Of a stretch of DNA of 64,000 nt, positions 22,853-39,696 are shown piece after piece (within the stretch, counting starts at the first letter, position 1; the number at the start of each line of letters is the position of its first letter). The notes beneath the pieces are model-generated. The model was not told the DNA's origin. It ran no database searches and saw only the letters and a program-made list of their open reading frames with translations. Location of the stretch: assembly GCF_000315625.1 (NCBI RefSeq), contig NW_005434667.1, forward strand, positions 529,160 through 593,159, written 5' to 3'. The translations under genes were made by a program, and so were the position numbers. This DNA comes from Guillardia theta CCMP2712. Its lineage: Eukaryota; Protista; Cryptophyta.

Positions 22853-25800
22853 ATGGAGACTAAGTCATGGGACGATATATTAATTCACGAGAAGGAGGAG
22901 AACAAACGCTTGTACCAACAGAAGAAAGATCTTGCAGAAAGGGAAAAGAACCTCGCAGCTCGGATTGCTCTGCTGAGCGAACAGAAGAAGTCACTGGATG
23001 ATGGCAAATCTGTGGACGCCGTCAGCAGAGACAGCAAAGTCATCGCTCTGCAGGACAAACTCGCTGCCCTCACTCAACAACAGAAAGAGTTGGAGCTGAA
23101 GCTCAGCGCTGCGCAGAGGAAGTCTCTTCCTGCAACCCCTGAGGGTAAGAAACGACCTGCTTCAGCTGGTGCGCACAAGCAGGCCGCGCCAGCGCAAGCC
23201 ATGGCGCAAGGAGATCCACATGATGCGAGGTTTGTGATCAATGACCTGAAGCAAAAGATCTTGCAGACGAACATCCAGATCAAGAATTTGGAGGAGGAGA
23301 AAGCCATGGCAGACCTTGATTCGACACTCAACCTGTATTCCAACAATGCGTTGTCCAACGAGAATGACCTCAAGGAATTCGAGAGGTTGAAAGAAGAGCT
23401 CAAGAACAGAGAGGCAAAGTACATCCTGGCAAAGAGCAGGTTCGACTCGCTGGACCAAGAGTACAAAGAGTACTTGGAGAAGCATAAGGAGTTGATGAAC
23501 CAGGCCGACGACGTCCAGAAGCAGATCATGGACCAGCAGAAGCAGCAACGCGCAGTCGAGGCTCAAATCAAGCAGCTGAAACTTCGTCGAGACCACGAGA
23601 CGGACCTGAAGAGCATACTGGAGGACATGAAGGAAGAGCTGTCCCTTCTCAAGGAGGAGAATCAGAAGCTGAAGGAAGACAGCATGAGTGGTGAGTCAAT
23701 CATCGCGCAGTCGGAAGTTCAATCCAAGGAGGTGGTGAAGCTGCAAGAAGAGAACGAGACCCTGCTGCAGAGCATCAAGGACAATCAAACACGGGCGGAA
23801 GAGCTGAAGACGCAGCTGGCCGATGCCAAGGAGATTCAGTCAAAGCTTGCTAAAGAAGTGAAGGCGCGAGAGAAGGAGATGATGGAGATGATGAAGACGC
23901 ACGAGTCCTTGACCAACTCCCTGCGAGAATTCATGCAATCAGCAGAGGAGGGGAAGGATGCGGCAGACCTGCTCCATAACAGTTCGATCATTCCCGGTAG
24001 CTCAGAGAAGCCCACCAAGGCGCAGGTATGTTCCATTGCTTACTACGATCTGTTCGCTGATGCACTGATTAGGAGGAAGAGGGAGCGTTGAGGGCTCTTG
24101 AGCAAGTGATGGAGCATGTAGAGGCCAAGGGGATGCGCCCGTCAACGCTCTTTACGGGATGGGATGACAATTCCGATGGTTTCGTATCCCAGGAGATTTT
24201 TGTGGAAGGGATGATGGCGTTGCGAGCTGGTCTACAGAGAGAGGAAGTTCGACGACTGTTCAAGAAGTATCTGAGCAATGCAGAGAGGTCAGAGTTGTCG
24301 GAAGACGAATTCCACAAGATGATGCAAGACGGTGAAGAGGCGCTTGCAAGGAAGAAAGAAGCAGCCGCGGGTGGTGGAGAGGACGTGAACAGGCTGAAAG
24401 CAGAAATCAGGAAATTGAGGGCTGTCAATGGCCAACTTCTTCAAGAGAAGGTTTGTTTCTTCACGGCGACGATCGCATTGAAGTGTGCCGAACAGGATGA
24501 GATGTTTCAGAAGCTGAAGGAAGCCGACAGAATGAGGAAGTCCACGGTATGTTGTTGACGGCGATGAGATGGAATCTTGATGAGCTCCTGATGTGATGTG
24601 ACGACTATGACGATTCTTCTGTACCGCATCGTCCCTTGAGCATCGGCCATGCTGAATGGTCCTCTCCAGGTCAAGAGCGGAGAGCTGGAGAGCGCTGAGA
24701 GGCTTCGAGACCTGCAAACTCGTCAAGTCGGCGTCCGATGCTGAAGAGTTAGACCTGACTGGAGGTGCAGGCGGCGGAGATCAGGAAACTCGAAGAAGAG
24801 CTGTCGCTGGCCAGGTACAACGAGAAAGATCTCGAGCGACTTGTCGAGGCTCGCAACCTTTCGGAGTCTCACGACAAGACCTCTGCCTCTTTGTCCAGCA
24901 AGAAGACCAACTGTTTGGTGAGAAAGAGCTCAGGGAGTGCAAGACAGAGACAGAGAAACGAGTCAGAGAGAGGGAGAGGGAGGTAGGGTCTGGGGAGGGT
25001 CTGGGGAGGAAGATGAGGGTGAAATGTGTACAGCCTTGGGGAGGAGGAGGAGGAGAAGAAGAAGAAGAGGATGGGAGGGTGTGACGGACACCTCCAGATC
25101 CTCAACTTGTCCTCGTTCAAGCTGGAGGAATGGAAGGACGAGGAGCCCACAACCTTCTTCTCCATCGACTTCTTCGCGCATGAGACGCAAGTGACCAACC
25201 CCGTTACCGGCCTTGAAGTGAGCTTGGGATGGAGCCGTGAGTTCGAGCTGGAGGTCGACGACGTCTTCCTTGAGTACGTGGAGAGAGAGTCGATCATCCT
25301 CGACCTCATGAGGAGGACGAGTGGTGAAGTTCCCTTCTCCCGCATGGCGTCGGCTGATGTTCGCCTCGCCCCGCTCATGGAGGATGCTGGCATCCTGAAC
25401 CAACGTCTTGAACTCTTCGGCATTGACGGAAAGAAACTTGGCTACGTCGTTGTGAACATCCGCATGAAGGACTCCATCGCTCCCCTCGTGGCCTCCTATC
25501 GTAGAATCAAAGACAGGACCTCAGAAGCCGCGAGCATGGAAGCTGCCGCCTTCTTCCGCCACATCTCTGTTCCTCTGGACCAAATCGTCCTCAACGTCAT
25601 CGTCGTGCGCTGCCAAGGGCTGCGGTCCTCTCGCTACGGCGTTCTGCCATGGCCGTACGTACAGTACGAGCTTCCAGGGTCAGGGGAGGACCCGCACACG
25701 ACCAAGACGGTGGAGAAGGAAGGAAACCCCGTCTACGAGGACAGGAGGAGCTGGAGGTTGAAGAGCCCTGCGACTGCGTTCGCACTGCGAGACCTCGAGC

Positions 25801-28800
25801 TGGAGGTCTTCGTGTTTGATGACAATGAGACAGACGACCTGCAGGTACGTCGAACACTCACGATCCTTCCACTCCCTCTCCTGCTCCCTGCCCTTCGTGT
25901 GCCTCTTCCTCCTTCGGTCGCTGGCTACCATTTCCTGCGATCTGCTCGTCTCTGGCACTTTATATCTCTTGTTTTGGATTTGCTGCCTCACTCGCCTTGC
26001 AGGCGTTCGTCGGGCTAGCGAAAGTCAGTCTGGCCCAGCTCTTCCAACAGGACAGCCCCAAGATCGATGGAGATTTTCGGCTGCAAGACAGCAGAGGAGC
26101 GGAGAATGGCACGATTTCCTTGCAGATCTCCTGGTCCAGAAGCGAGACCTCCTCCCCTGCCCCTTTTCCCGTTGAGGGCTCCGAGAAGAAGGCAGCTCCG
26201 AAAGAAGCGTCCCCGCAGGATAGCATGAAAAAGTTCTTCGATCTGATATCAAGAAGAGGACAGGATCACCTCAAGTCTTTCGATGAGATCGATGCGAAGA
26301 AGGACGGCATAATAGACGAAGACGAGTTCATGGCGGAGATGGAGAAGCATTCCTCCTCGATCTCAAAGTCGGAGGTGACGGCAACCCTAAACTGCCATTT
26401 CCTCCTCGTTCTCCTTAGATCTTCCCATTGAGCTCCTCCAACCTACTCCGTGCTCAGTCTCACTCCGCTCGCAGGCAAAGAGTCTCTTCCAACACATGCG
26501 CGAGAGACGAGGAGCGATCGATGTGGCAAGCTGGCACTTGAATAGCCTTCCTACCCTCAAGACTGCGATTATCACAGCTAATCCCCCTGAGATAGAAGGA
26601 AACATTGTCTTCCTCCTCAAGAATTTATCGGTTTGTCTCTTTTCCTCTGATTTCCCCTACTTCACAACCTCACCATGTTCCCTCCTCTTTCAAGTGTCAT
26701 TCTGACTTGCCTACCAGTTCAACACAGACTTGCTTTCAGTTTGCGACCTCTTGAAGTTTGAGGTTGAGGTTTCGAGACTTGAAGACAGAAAGCAGACAAG
26801 TCGGGTCTACGAGACACCCTCACGTGACAAGTCGCTCTCGACGTTCGAGAAGTTTGCGATCAGAGTCGGCCAGGAGCAGGTGAGCAGCGGCAGACGCTTT
26901 TGCTGTTTTGATCTTAAGGCTGTCCAGGATGTTGTGACGAGGCTGGAGCCGATCTTCTCTCAGAGTTCAACGTCGGAAGTTCACCTCACCCTCGCGGTGA
27001 AAGGGGTGACTTTCGATCGTGTGCTACAAGAGAAGCAAGTGCTGGCAACCTGCAGGCTCGACCTCAAGAAGCTTTGGAGGGAAGGGAAGGACCGAGAAGA
27101 GCTCGCGAGCCCTGTACGCTCCTCTCTCCCCTCGGGGCTCTGTTGACTCATGGCTCACCAGATCATGGATGCAAGGCAGCATGAGGTTGGGACTGTAAGG
27201 GGCTCGCTCTATCTGATGCAGGTGCTCACCTCCTTCCTCCTCCCTTCCTCCTCCTCTCCTGTCTTGTCCCATCCTTGAGTCTTGTAGGTGACTTGCTGCC
27301 GCAGCCCCTGTCCAAGATCGAGAAGCTGGTCACAAAGGCAGCAGAGGCCGAGCAAAAGGCTGCGAAACAGAGCGTGTCCTCCTCCTTCTCCAAGCTGAAG
27401 CCAGGCACCGGCCATATCCAGCTCCAGCTCCAGCAGATCAGTCTGCAGGATCCCTCTGACCCAGCGATCAAGGAGGCAGGGGCGAACTTGTGCGTCTCTG
27501 CCAACTTCTTCGACCTGCAGACAGCAGAGGAGGAATGGAAACAGCGATCCTCCTCCTTCGACCTGGTGAGCTCAGGCGAGCCTGTGCTTGGCAGCTCTGA
27601 TCCGCCTCCTTCAGCCGCAGTCTCTCCATCTGAACCACATGATCGAATTTCCCATCGACGCAGAGCACAACGAGAGTCACCTGAACTACTTCGTGCGCTG
27701 CTTGAAAGCAGATGAGGACAGAGACAGGGGAGCGATCAAGGTCCTGCTGCTCAACAGCCCCAAGGACGGTGGAGAGGAAGGAGGCGAAGCTGCCAAGGTG
27801 CTGGCTGTCTCTCAGCTCTCCATCTTCGACCTCCTTCACCTTCGGCCGGAGGACAACCAGGTCGGTCAAGTCCGACGTGTCCCTGATCGCTGACCGCGAG
27901 CTAGCAGGAGTTGAAGTGCAGCGCAAGGCTGCTGGAGCCAAAGACGTCCAGAGTCATGGGAGAGGTGGTGGCGACCTTGAAGTTGCAGAACCTGAACATA
28001 TTCAACTTCACGAGTTGCACTTTCAGCCCCCATGACCTGGAGAGGCACGTGGGCATCTTGCTGAAGAGTGTTGCTCTTCGCCCCAGCGCGCATGTCAGGG
28101 ACGTGGAGAGAGTGAGTCTGGTCGTCGATCTTGAAGGTTGCGCGAGTTACAGGTCAAAGGCTGTGTTTGTCAAGGAGACGTCAGTTGACCAGGTGCTGTG
28201 GGAGGCATCGTAATGCTGCTGACGTCACGTCAGAAACTGCGAGAGAGATTGTCTCTGAATGAGAAGATCCTGGTTGACGTGGACAAGTATCCTCTGATCA
28301 GCTCGAAGCTCGCCGCAGGGAGGAGGATGGAAGTCAACATCACGTTGATCAGCGCCAGCGATTCATCCGTCGTTGCCGAACTCCACGAGACCTCACTGGT
28401 GCTGTCGGCGGAGCTCGCAATGGACGCGTTTGACCTGTTTGGTATCAGAGTCTGGAGCAAGACCTGCGTGACCGCGAGTTCGAGCTGAAGGACAAGGCCG
28501 GGCAAGTAGCTGCTATTTGCAAGATCGACTGGTTGGCCGACAAGGCTGTGCCGGTGAGTGTTGGAGTGACGCTGAAAGTTCTTGACGAGTCAGCAGGCTG
28601 CGGGCAAGGTTGAGGTCCCGACGAGCAAGCTCGGTTTCACCTTGAAATCTGTGATGACGAACAACCCGCCATGGCCTCGCTCACATGTTTACAGCTGTCG
28701 TTGGAGAGCGGCGACCAGTCCAAGAGCGAGGAGGTGGAAGACGTTGTGGTTGAGCTGAAGGTGGTGGGAGAGGTCAGCTGAAGCTCGGCTGTGCTCTCAA

Positions 28801-30546
28801 CTTTGACACTTATGCCTTGCAGAGAGTAGGGGATTACAAGAAGGCTCCTTTGAAAGAGCTTGCAGATTCGGATGAGACCTTGAATGTGAGCTCTGAGATT
28901 TCCTCGTGCGAATAGACTGATTTTGAAATGTTTCGATGAAATCAAGGTTGACCTCTCAGACCTGGCAGACACCAGCAGCCAGAAGAGCTGGAGGGATTTG
29001 ATCTCAAGCAAGAATTCCCAACAGGGCAACCCGATGACTCTAGAGCTGATCGTTTCATCGTCCAAAGGAGAACAGGCTGAAGAGATGTGCAGAGGAAGGT
29101 AATGCGAGGAGCGTGTGGCTGTCGAGGTGGGAGAGCTGAACCTGCGACAGGATGGAATTTGGAGATTGGATAGCTGGGGATGTTGAGGACCGAGAGGTCA
29201 AGGTAGACCTCAAGGGCAAGGTGAGGGCAAGGAGGGGAGCAGTGGAGCGAGGGGAAGAGGAGAAGGAGGAGGAGGAGGAGGAGGAAGGTGATCCGAAGAA
29301 CGCAGGACGATCAAGGGATGGGACAAGCAAGAGTGTCGGTGCAGTGCCAGCGTGCGCTGAGGACAGTCGGGATGAGGAGCCAAGAGCGAAAGGTGGAGGC
29401 AGCAACCGAGGCTTCACAGTACGTCTCAGTGAGTCCACCTGACCGGGGGCGGGCGGGTCAGGAAGTAACTCGTTGCTGGCAGTGGACTAGGAAAGGTCTC
29501 CGTCACGTCCTGTCAGAAGGAGACAAGAGCTCGAACCTGGTCGTCACTGTTGACGTCAGACCTCTCCTCCTTCTCCTGCTATTCGTCCGAGTTGACAGTC
29601 TGGCAGTCCATGGCCTTCAAGGACGGCATGCTGTCCAACAAGTTCGCGAGCAACAAGGGCCCCGTCTTCCTGTCCGTCGACCTCTTCCAAGACGATCAGC
29701 TCTACAGCAAGGTGCTGATCAGACCGTGAAGTCGATCGCGAGCTGAAGTGTTGGTCGGAGAGGAGAGGAGAAAGGAGAGGAGAGGTTTCCCCATCTTCCC
29801 TTCTGATCGGTTCCCTATCGATGGTGGATTGCTGGTGATGGTGATGATGGATGGAATGTAGTGACAGCGATGACGATGACGATTGCGATGAAAACTTTGA
29901 ATGTGATCAAGTGATTTTGCTAGGGGAACGACGAGCTCGCCATGCAGGGGACGGATGCTTACTTACTCCAGGTTTCGCAACCTCTCTTCTCCTGCTCCCC
30001 CACCCCACTCCCCTTCCAACTTCCTCCTTACTCTTGGCAGGATCGCATGACGTTCGGGGACAGCTTCCTCTTTCCCACGGGCGAGAAGTTCGTGAAGAAC
30101 CGAGAGAGGATGTTGAAGAGGAAGGAGAGCGAGGAGGTGACGGGGGAGGGGGAGGGGGTTGAACGTGCTGACTGCTGGTTGCAGTTGTCAATTGAATGTC
30201 TAATGTATCAAGAACCCTGGAAGGCAGGAACGACGTGCTGTGCTCGAGGTTCAGTTACGCAGAAACGATGGAAGGAGAGCGAGGGAAAGAAGATTCAGGT
30301 TTGCTCAACAAGCTGCTGCTTCTGCTGCTGCTGCTGCGATCAAGGAATATTTATGATCATATTGGTTCACGATAGTCTGATGTGGAAGTTGTATTTGCCT
30401 TGCCCTTGGTCTCGTCCCCCCATCCCTTGTGTCTTGATGACGTTGTCTTACTGATTCTCGCTTGCCAGGTGGAGCTCATGGATGGGAACGAGGTGGTTGC
30501 TGTTGCGAGTGTGGAGGTTTATTACAAGACATGTAATCTTGTGTGA
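22853..30546 (+). CDS. RPGRIP1L: RPGRIP1L/fantom (MKS5/NPHP8)-like ciliary transition-zone protein: coiled coil, EF-hands, multiple C2 domains; many exons
   Basis: Long N-terminal coiled coil (22853-24020). EPTTFFSIDFFAHETQVTNPVTG resembles the first RPGRIP1-type C2 domain, and LNVIVVRCQGL...PYVQY...NPVY...VFVFDDN is a second C2. Further C2-like exons run to ~30546; splitting into two genes cannot be excluded. Confidence 0.75.
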
Positions 30547-30809
30547 TGTTGCAGAATATCAAGTAAATATCAATGACAAATTCTTCTAATTGGTCGTCTG
30601 ACATGCGCACGAAGCAAGTCAGTTGCTACTCAAGCTTTCTCTTCCTTGAGTTGTCTCCTGCTGACATCTCATTCGATTCTCTTGACATTGTCCACACCTG
30701 AAGTCTTCGACTCCGCGTGCGAAATGTGAACTCCCTGCTTGCTGCCTAACAGGATCCCAAGAAAGTTACAATCATCATCATCATCATCATCATCAACAAC
30801 AACAACATG

Positions 30810-33432
<2,623 letters not shown>

Positions 33433-34654
33433 CTCCTCGGGTTGCGCGAGGAACCTGCTGGTCGTGGAGGTCGAGGTCACTTGCCGTGCGAGGGCAACGA
33501 AACTGAGAGCGAAGAGGAGGAGGAAGAGGAAAGTCTGAAAGTTCACGCGAGGTGGGGAGAGGGATGTTTGACTTGCGAGCAGCATGGCAGGGGAGATGTA
33601 ATCATCGCTGCTCTCCTTCCCTCCTTCCTGATGTAGATCAAATTAATCAACAAAAGTACAGGTTGCAACGCTTCTCCTCTATCCCACACGTCCTCCCCTC
33701 CTTTCCGTTGCCTTGCCTCCCTTCATCTCCTCCCCTCGCTCTCTCCCTCTCTCCCTCGCCCCCCTGTCCGCCCCCCCTCCCGGTCTGCCCTCCCTCCCCT
33801 CGATTTTGCTCGGCCCCCCTATTAACGTAAATCCGCCCACTCGTTTCCCTCCTGCAACCCTCCATGGCCGTACCCTCCCGCCCCCTCCTCCTCCTGGCGG
33901 CCCTCACGACGCTGCTCCTGTCTTTGTTCGACTGAAAGGCGGAGCGGAGGGTGGAAGGGAGAGCGAAGGGAGGAAGGGAGAGTGAAGAGGATAATGAAGG
34001 ACTTGCACTAGAGCTCGGCATTCTTCCTTCGAGGCGCTGGAGGACCAAGGTCCAAGCACGTGGCTCAATGCTCAGCTTACAAACATCTCCGGCCTATAGT
34101 TGTTTCCGTTGAAGGGAAGCGATTCATACAGGAGCACTCTCTTCCTTACCTCGAACAAGCTCTCCCTTCCTCTCGGCCCACCCCATGACACACTCATCAC
34201 AAAACTCCGTCCTCCTCAAACCTTTGCCCGCAGTCTCTTCGTCAAAGTGGCGATAGATGAATCACAGATGGATCACAGATGTAGACGCTGTGAAGCTGAA
34301 CGGAAGAGATGTACAGAGCACAATCTAACAGCATTCAAATACCCACACCTCACACAGACAAGTATCAAACAAACAACTTCTACCTTCTTACCAGACAACA
34401 GCATTCTCGACTCATCATCTTCTCTTACATTTATTAACACGTTCGCCTCCCAATCTTATTCCCCCTCATCAACGAAGAGAGGTACTTCTCAATGCACCTG
34501 TCCCACTCCAGCAGCTTGCTGACCTATCTCCACATTCCCCAGTGAGGCCTCATCTGGTTGCACGATCTTCTCTTCCTCCCCTCCTCTTTCCACTGCAATC
34601 TCAACATTCTGGTTTCCTACAGGAGCATCGCTCGCCTCCTTGATGGTCTTGAGT

Positions 34655-37600
34655 TCAGGTTCCATCTTGACAGGTTCGATCCCTTCCAGGTATCGAGGAG
34701 AAACAGAACTCTCTACCCAGAACGTCTGCAGCGCCCACCAGTCAGCCTCCTCGAAACCTCCCGCACAACACGCCTCCTCACCTTCATCTCTCCCTTCCCT
34801 TTGATTTGGATCGTGCCGCGAGGGACCAGGTGAACTTCCGTCCCCTCTGCCTGTTTCTTGAGCACCTCGGCAGCTCGCTCGGAGCAGTGGATCTTGAGAG
34901 CCTCGGAGTTGGACTCCATGCGCGAAGCTGTGTTCACCGTGTCTCCGAAGAGACAGTATCGCAGGTTCCTCGTCCCCACCACGTTGGCCACCACTGGCCC
35001 GCAGTGGAAGCCGACTCGGATCTGCACGGTGCCCTTGGAAGGATCGTCAAGGTCGACGGGGGTCGACTGCGCAGCCTTGATGGCTCCGATGGCGAAGCGA
35101 GCGATCCTCAAGGCGTGGTCGAAGGGCTGGTCCTCCACCAGGTTGGTCACCGCCATGTACGCATCGCCGATGGTCTCGACCTGGAGGAGCGCAGCTCTTA
35201 CTCTCCTCGCACGTGGTCAGGGCAGAGCACTCACCTTGAAGACGCCGTAGGTGCTGGACAAGCGGTCGAAGACCGAGTAGAGCCGGTCGAGCATGTTGGA
35301 GACCTTGACGGGGTCGAGGGTGCTGCTGATGGTTGTGAAGCCGACGATGTCGGAGAAGAAGATGGTGACCATGTCACGGCGCTCAGGCTCGACCTTGCGA
35401 CCTTCGCGCAGAGCGTTTGCAACGTGACGCCTGCGAGCAAGGATTGTCATGGCATGAGGTGACAGGCAGCGGGCAGAAGGCAGCAGAAGAGGAGGAGAGA
35501 GCAAACAGGCGATGCTCACGGGAACACGTCGTATAGAAGCTCCTCGTGCGACTTTCCACTAGCATTTGACGGCCTGTGCGGTTGATATCCTGATATCAAG
35601 CTCGAAATTGGCCCGGCATGCTGAGCATCCAGAGCCTTCAGGCGGCGCTCGACCTCCTCGAAGGGAGGGCGGAAGACAGGGTTCTTGTGCCAGCAGTCCT
35701 TCATGATGCTCACCACGTCCGAGGGACACGCGGGAGGGATGGCAGGACGCTTGTCCACCGGCCGTTTGAGATCGGCCACCTCCTCCAGCACCGTCCTGGT
35801 ATCCTCTCCCTCATACGGATCCCTGCGGCTGTACACCTCTGCGAGCACGATGCCGAAGGCATACACGTCGGTCTGCGGAGTGTTGGTCCCTCCGTTGAGC
35901 AGCTCGGGGGCCATCCACAAGGGAGTGCCGCAAGCTCCCAGCTGCTTCTTCTGGCTGAGACCGAAGTCAGCGACCTTGGCTCGGAACTTTGAGTCCACCA
36001 GGACGTTCTGTGCTTTGAGATCGCCATGGACGATGAGCGGGTCTGCTGCATGAAGGAAGCGCACGCCCTGAGCGATGTCGCGGAGGATGGGAAGGATTGT
36101 CTCCCCCTCGATCACCATGGTCTCGTTGTGGAGCAAGTCGTACAGAGACCCGTGATCCATGCACTCCATGATGAGCATGGGCTCCGTGTTCCTGTCTCCG
36201 ATGATCGCGCCCATGACGGTGGTGATGCAGGGGTGGCGGAGCTTGGAGAGGATACGCATTTCTTGGACGAAGTTAGCCTTGAGCTCGGCGTGCTTGTCCT
36301 TCTTGAAGACGCAGAAAGACAGGAGGCCAGATTCCATGTCATCATCATCGTCAGAAGATTTGTTATGAGAACCCGAGCTCAGACCCATCACAGATCCTGT
36401 ACCATTGGTAGAGAATCCTTTCAAAGATCCCCGAGTGAAGTGTTTTGACGATCCCGGTCCTGCAGCCATACTAGCATGTGCAGCGTTAGGAACAACCTGG
36501 TTTGTTGAGCTTTTCTTGCGGTCCTTGTTCTTCTTCGGGGGGATCACCCTCTTGACCGCTACTGTCGTTCCTCTGTACTCAGCTTGCACAACAAGTCCGA
36601 AGGTGCCACGTCCAAGGATCTCGACGGGGTTGTTGTACTGAAGCTCATCAGGCCTGACCAGCCACAGGGAGTCTTGTTTCCTGATCTGATGCTGCAGCCA
36701 GAGCCAGACCAAAACCATCAAAACCAAGACAACAGGAACGACGATGACAGGGATGAACCAGGCAAGGCTGAGACAATTAGACCCCGAACGAACTGAGTAA
36801 CTGTCACAAACACATTCTCCTTGTGCTGTTGGAATATGATGAGTGCCGTACTCAGCCACGCAGTCACGACTTTTGACTTCAATGAAAAGCGGGGACTGTG
36901 ATATCTGCACGCCGTCTGCGAAGATTTCCACCAGCCATTGACCCTTTTCCGCAATGTCCAGCGACAACCTGTACTGATAGCTGCCCAGCGCCTCTGCCGT
37001 GCCCTCCTGGATAGTCAAGGTGTGAAGCTTGAAGCTGACGTTCAGGTTAGCTCTCTGAAGGTTGTCCAGCACCCTGCAATCCTTCTCAGTGATGACTCAT
37101 CTCTACTCTCCCTCTTTCTCATCGTATCTCTCCCTTCCCCCTCCCCTTCAATCCCCTCCCTCCTCCCACCCCTCCTCCCTGGCTGGGTCTTGCCATCACC
37201 TGAAGATAACCGAAGTCTTCTGCGACGTGATGCCGCACACTGACATCTTGGGACATCCTACCTTGTTCTTGACATATGCTGCAGCTTGAGTGCTGTTGAT
37301 TTCCTGGAACACATCCACGTCGAAGGCCTGAGTGCAAGGCTTGCAGACACACTGTGACCCCGACGGACACGTTCGCCCCTGGCTTGAGCATCCGTCCGCT
37401 ACATCCTGGGGGCTATTCTTGAAGTATCCTGGGGGACATACGATGGAGTCATAGATCGCTGTACCTCGGATACACTCCATCTGGCCCGTGACGGGGTTCT
37501 TGGCGATGAAGTCCAGCGACTCTTGCATGTTCCTTAGCTCCATGTACGACAGCGTCGGGATCCATCCCGCTGACCCACTGGCCTTAGCGGCAGGGTCCGT

Positions 37601-38668
37601 CGCCTTCATCTCCATCAAAGCTCGTTGCACCTCTCGCTGTAGACACACAATACTCATTAGCTCTCCTCCCCCCCCGACCCCCGCCCTCCTTTTACCTGCA
37701 CTAGCCAGTTGACATGATCGAGCGCCGCCACGTTCCACTGGGGATACAAGACCGTCGAAGACTCGAAAGGGTACGGCTGGCCGTTCTCGTATACCTTGAC
37801 TGGCGCCAGATACCGGAAATACGACTTCTTCGTCTTACCCTGCCGACACGTACAAGACGTCAGTCCCTTCCAAGGCACAGCTCAGCACTCGCCCACCTCG
37901 CTCTCCATCAGCTCGATCTGGTTGGTGCGTACGAAGCCGACGTCGACCTTCTTTTGGTACACCATGTTGACCACAGTACCTTGGTTGGACGTGAAGACCA
38001 GCTGGGCAGGGTCTTGGATGTAGTTCAGGCCGTTGTCGACCATGACGCGGAACTGCGCTTGCCCCGACCCCAGCCCGGATATCGAAGCCGCCGCAACTGC
38101 ACAAAACAACAGTCTGTCAGCCCAGCATGTCACGTCGGCGATGCGTCAGGCGGCAGCCCTTACTTGACTTGTCCTTGAGGTCTGCGATGGTTTTGATGTC
38201 CGTCCTGTCGGCTCGGACGAAGATGACGCCTCCAAACAGGGTGAAGTCGTACGTCTTGTCGCCAAGCTTCTGCGCTCCTATCTGGCTTACCAAGGACGAG
38301 GCTCCGTACTGAGACTCGATGCAGGAGTAGGCAGACGGGTTGACGTAGATGAAGTCGACGAACTTGGTCTCTACCCACGTGTAGAGGGTGGTGAAGTTCA
38401 GAGGTACCATGGTGAAGCTGATCTTAGGATAGAAGACGTCTCCGAGCTTCCTGTTGAGGTACTCTCCGAAGGTGAGGTTGAACTGCTCGTAGGCAGCATC
38501 GACGCCTCGGATAGCGAGCACGCCTACTTTATAGGAGTACTGTGTGACTGTACTTGGGAGGGTGACGTTAGGAGCTGGGCAGGAGGAGGCGTCGACAGTA
38601 GTATAAGGAAAGAGAACGGTCAGGGCGAGAAGGAAGAGGGGAAGTAATCGAGGAGAAGGAAGAACCAT
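34655..38668 (-). CDS. Receptor kinase-guanylyl cyclase, copy A: signal peptide, TtrS/PhnD-like sensor, Cys-rich/Ig-like stalk, TM, protein kinase, class III cyclase
   Basis: Sensor motifs VGVLAIRG...FIYVNPS...[10 protein letters not shown]...[13 protein letters not shown]; [24 protein letters not shown]. Kinase motifs [24 protein letters not shown]. Cyclase motifs [39 protein letters not shown]. Confidence 0.92.
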
Positions 38669-39039
38669 TCTTGTCTTCGCGATGCACCCAGAAATTCAGG
38701 TATGACTCATCATGGCAAGGAATATTAAGGTGCGACGGGCAGAGGAGAACCTAAGAATCAATGTCAGGATTCATACCCGCAAATGGATTCTTCAACTGGC
38801 TCCTATTATAAACAACTTGGTTTTCACTGGCACTAATGCCAAAAATGCCCATACTGTGAGAGGGGGAACTCGAGATGGAAGGGTCATCGATTCCACGATC
38901 GAAAGGAATGGTATGTTTGAACGATGAGGAGGGGATAAAACTTGAGGACACAAGTAGACGGAGCAGGAGGCATTCAAAAGCTGTCTGCCTGCAGCAACTA
39001 CATTGATCGCTACCACAGCCCTGTTGCTCGCATCAGCAG

Positions 39040-39660
39040 GGTGAAGGGGGTAAAGTTGGAAGGAGGGGGTAGTCCATTGAGGCGGTAGATTCCTAACTAG
39101 AGAGGACCGGGTCCAAGCTGTATGAAACAGGGGTGGTCCAGGCGAAGTAATAGATTTGGAGTAGGATATGGGTACAAGAGGTCTAATTAGAGAGGGGACG
39201 GGGTCAGTGGGGTAGGGCTACTTCCGAGGCTTCGTGCGTTAGTCAGTGACCAGGAGAGGCGGGGGATACTTGTTTCATTCGAGTGAATAAATTCTTCTCG
39301 CATATTTGAATAATTCAGCAGAATTTTCAATGGTTGCGTTTGTATATTCAAGTGTATCCACGGAAAGGCCTGAGATGAGGGTGGTCAGTAGGTCCGTCCT
39401 GCACCATGAACTACCACCCGGTGGGATATATGGGTTTGTCTGGCCATTAGTTGGGGTGGGTCCTGTCATCCGAGCCCGGCCCGCGTATAAGTGCATTGTA
39501 GCCCGGCCGGCACTGGCGGGGGAATCATCGGATCATTGGGAGGTAGACCCCCCTCCTACCACGTAACTTACTAGTAAGAATGGGGGTGCCTGGCAGCCTC
39601 TCTTTCGGAACTGAAATTGAGTAAAGAAACCAACTGAGGGGACTCGGAAGCGGCCGAACC
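39040..39660 (-). other. GGGT-rich tract (ACCC-rich on the minus strand) upstream of receptor copy A
   Basis: Reverse-orientation version of the intergenic ACCC signature (ggggtagggc, ggggtggg). Confidence 0.5.
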
Positions 39661-39696
39661 CCCTGCCCGACCTATACTTCCATTATCAGTTTACCA

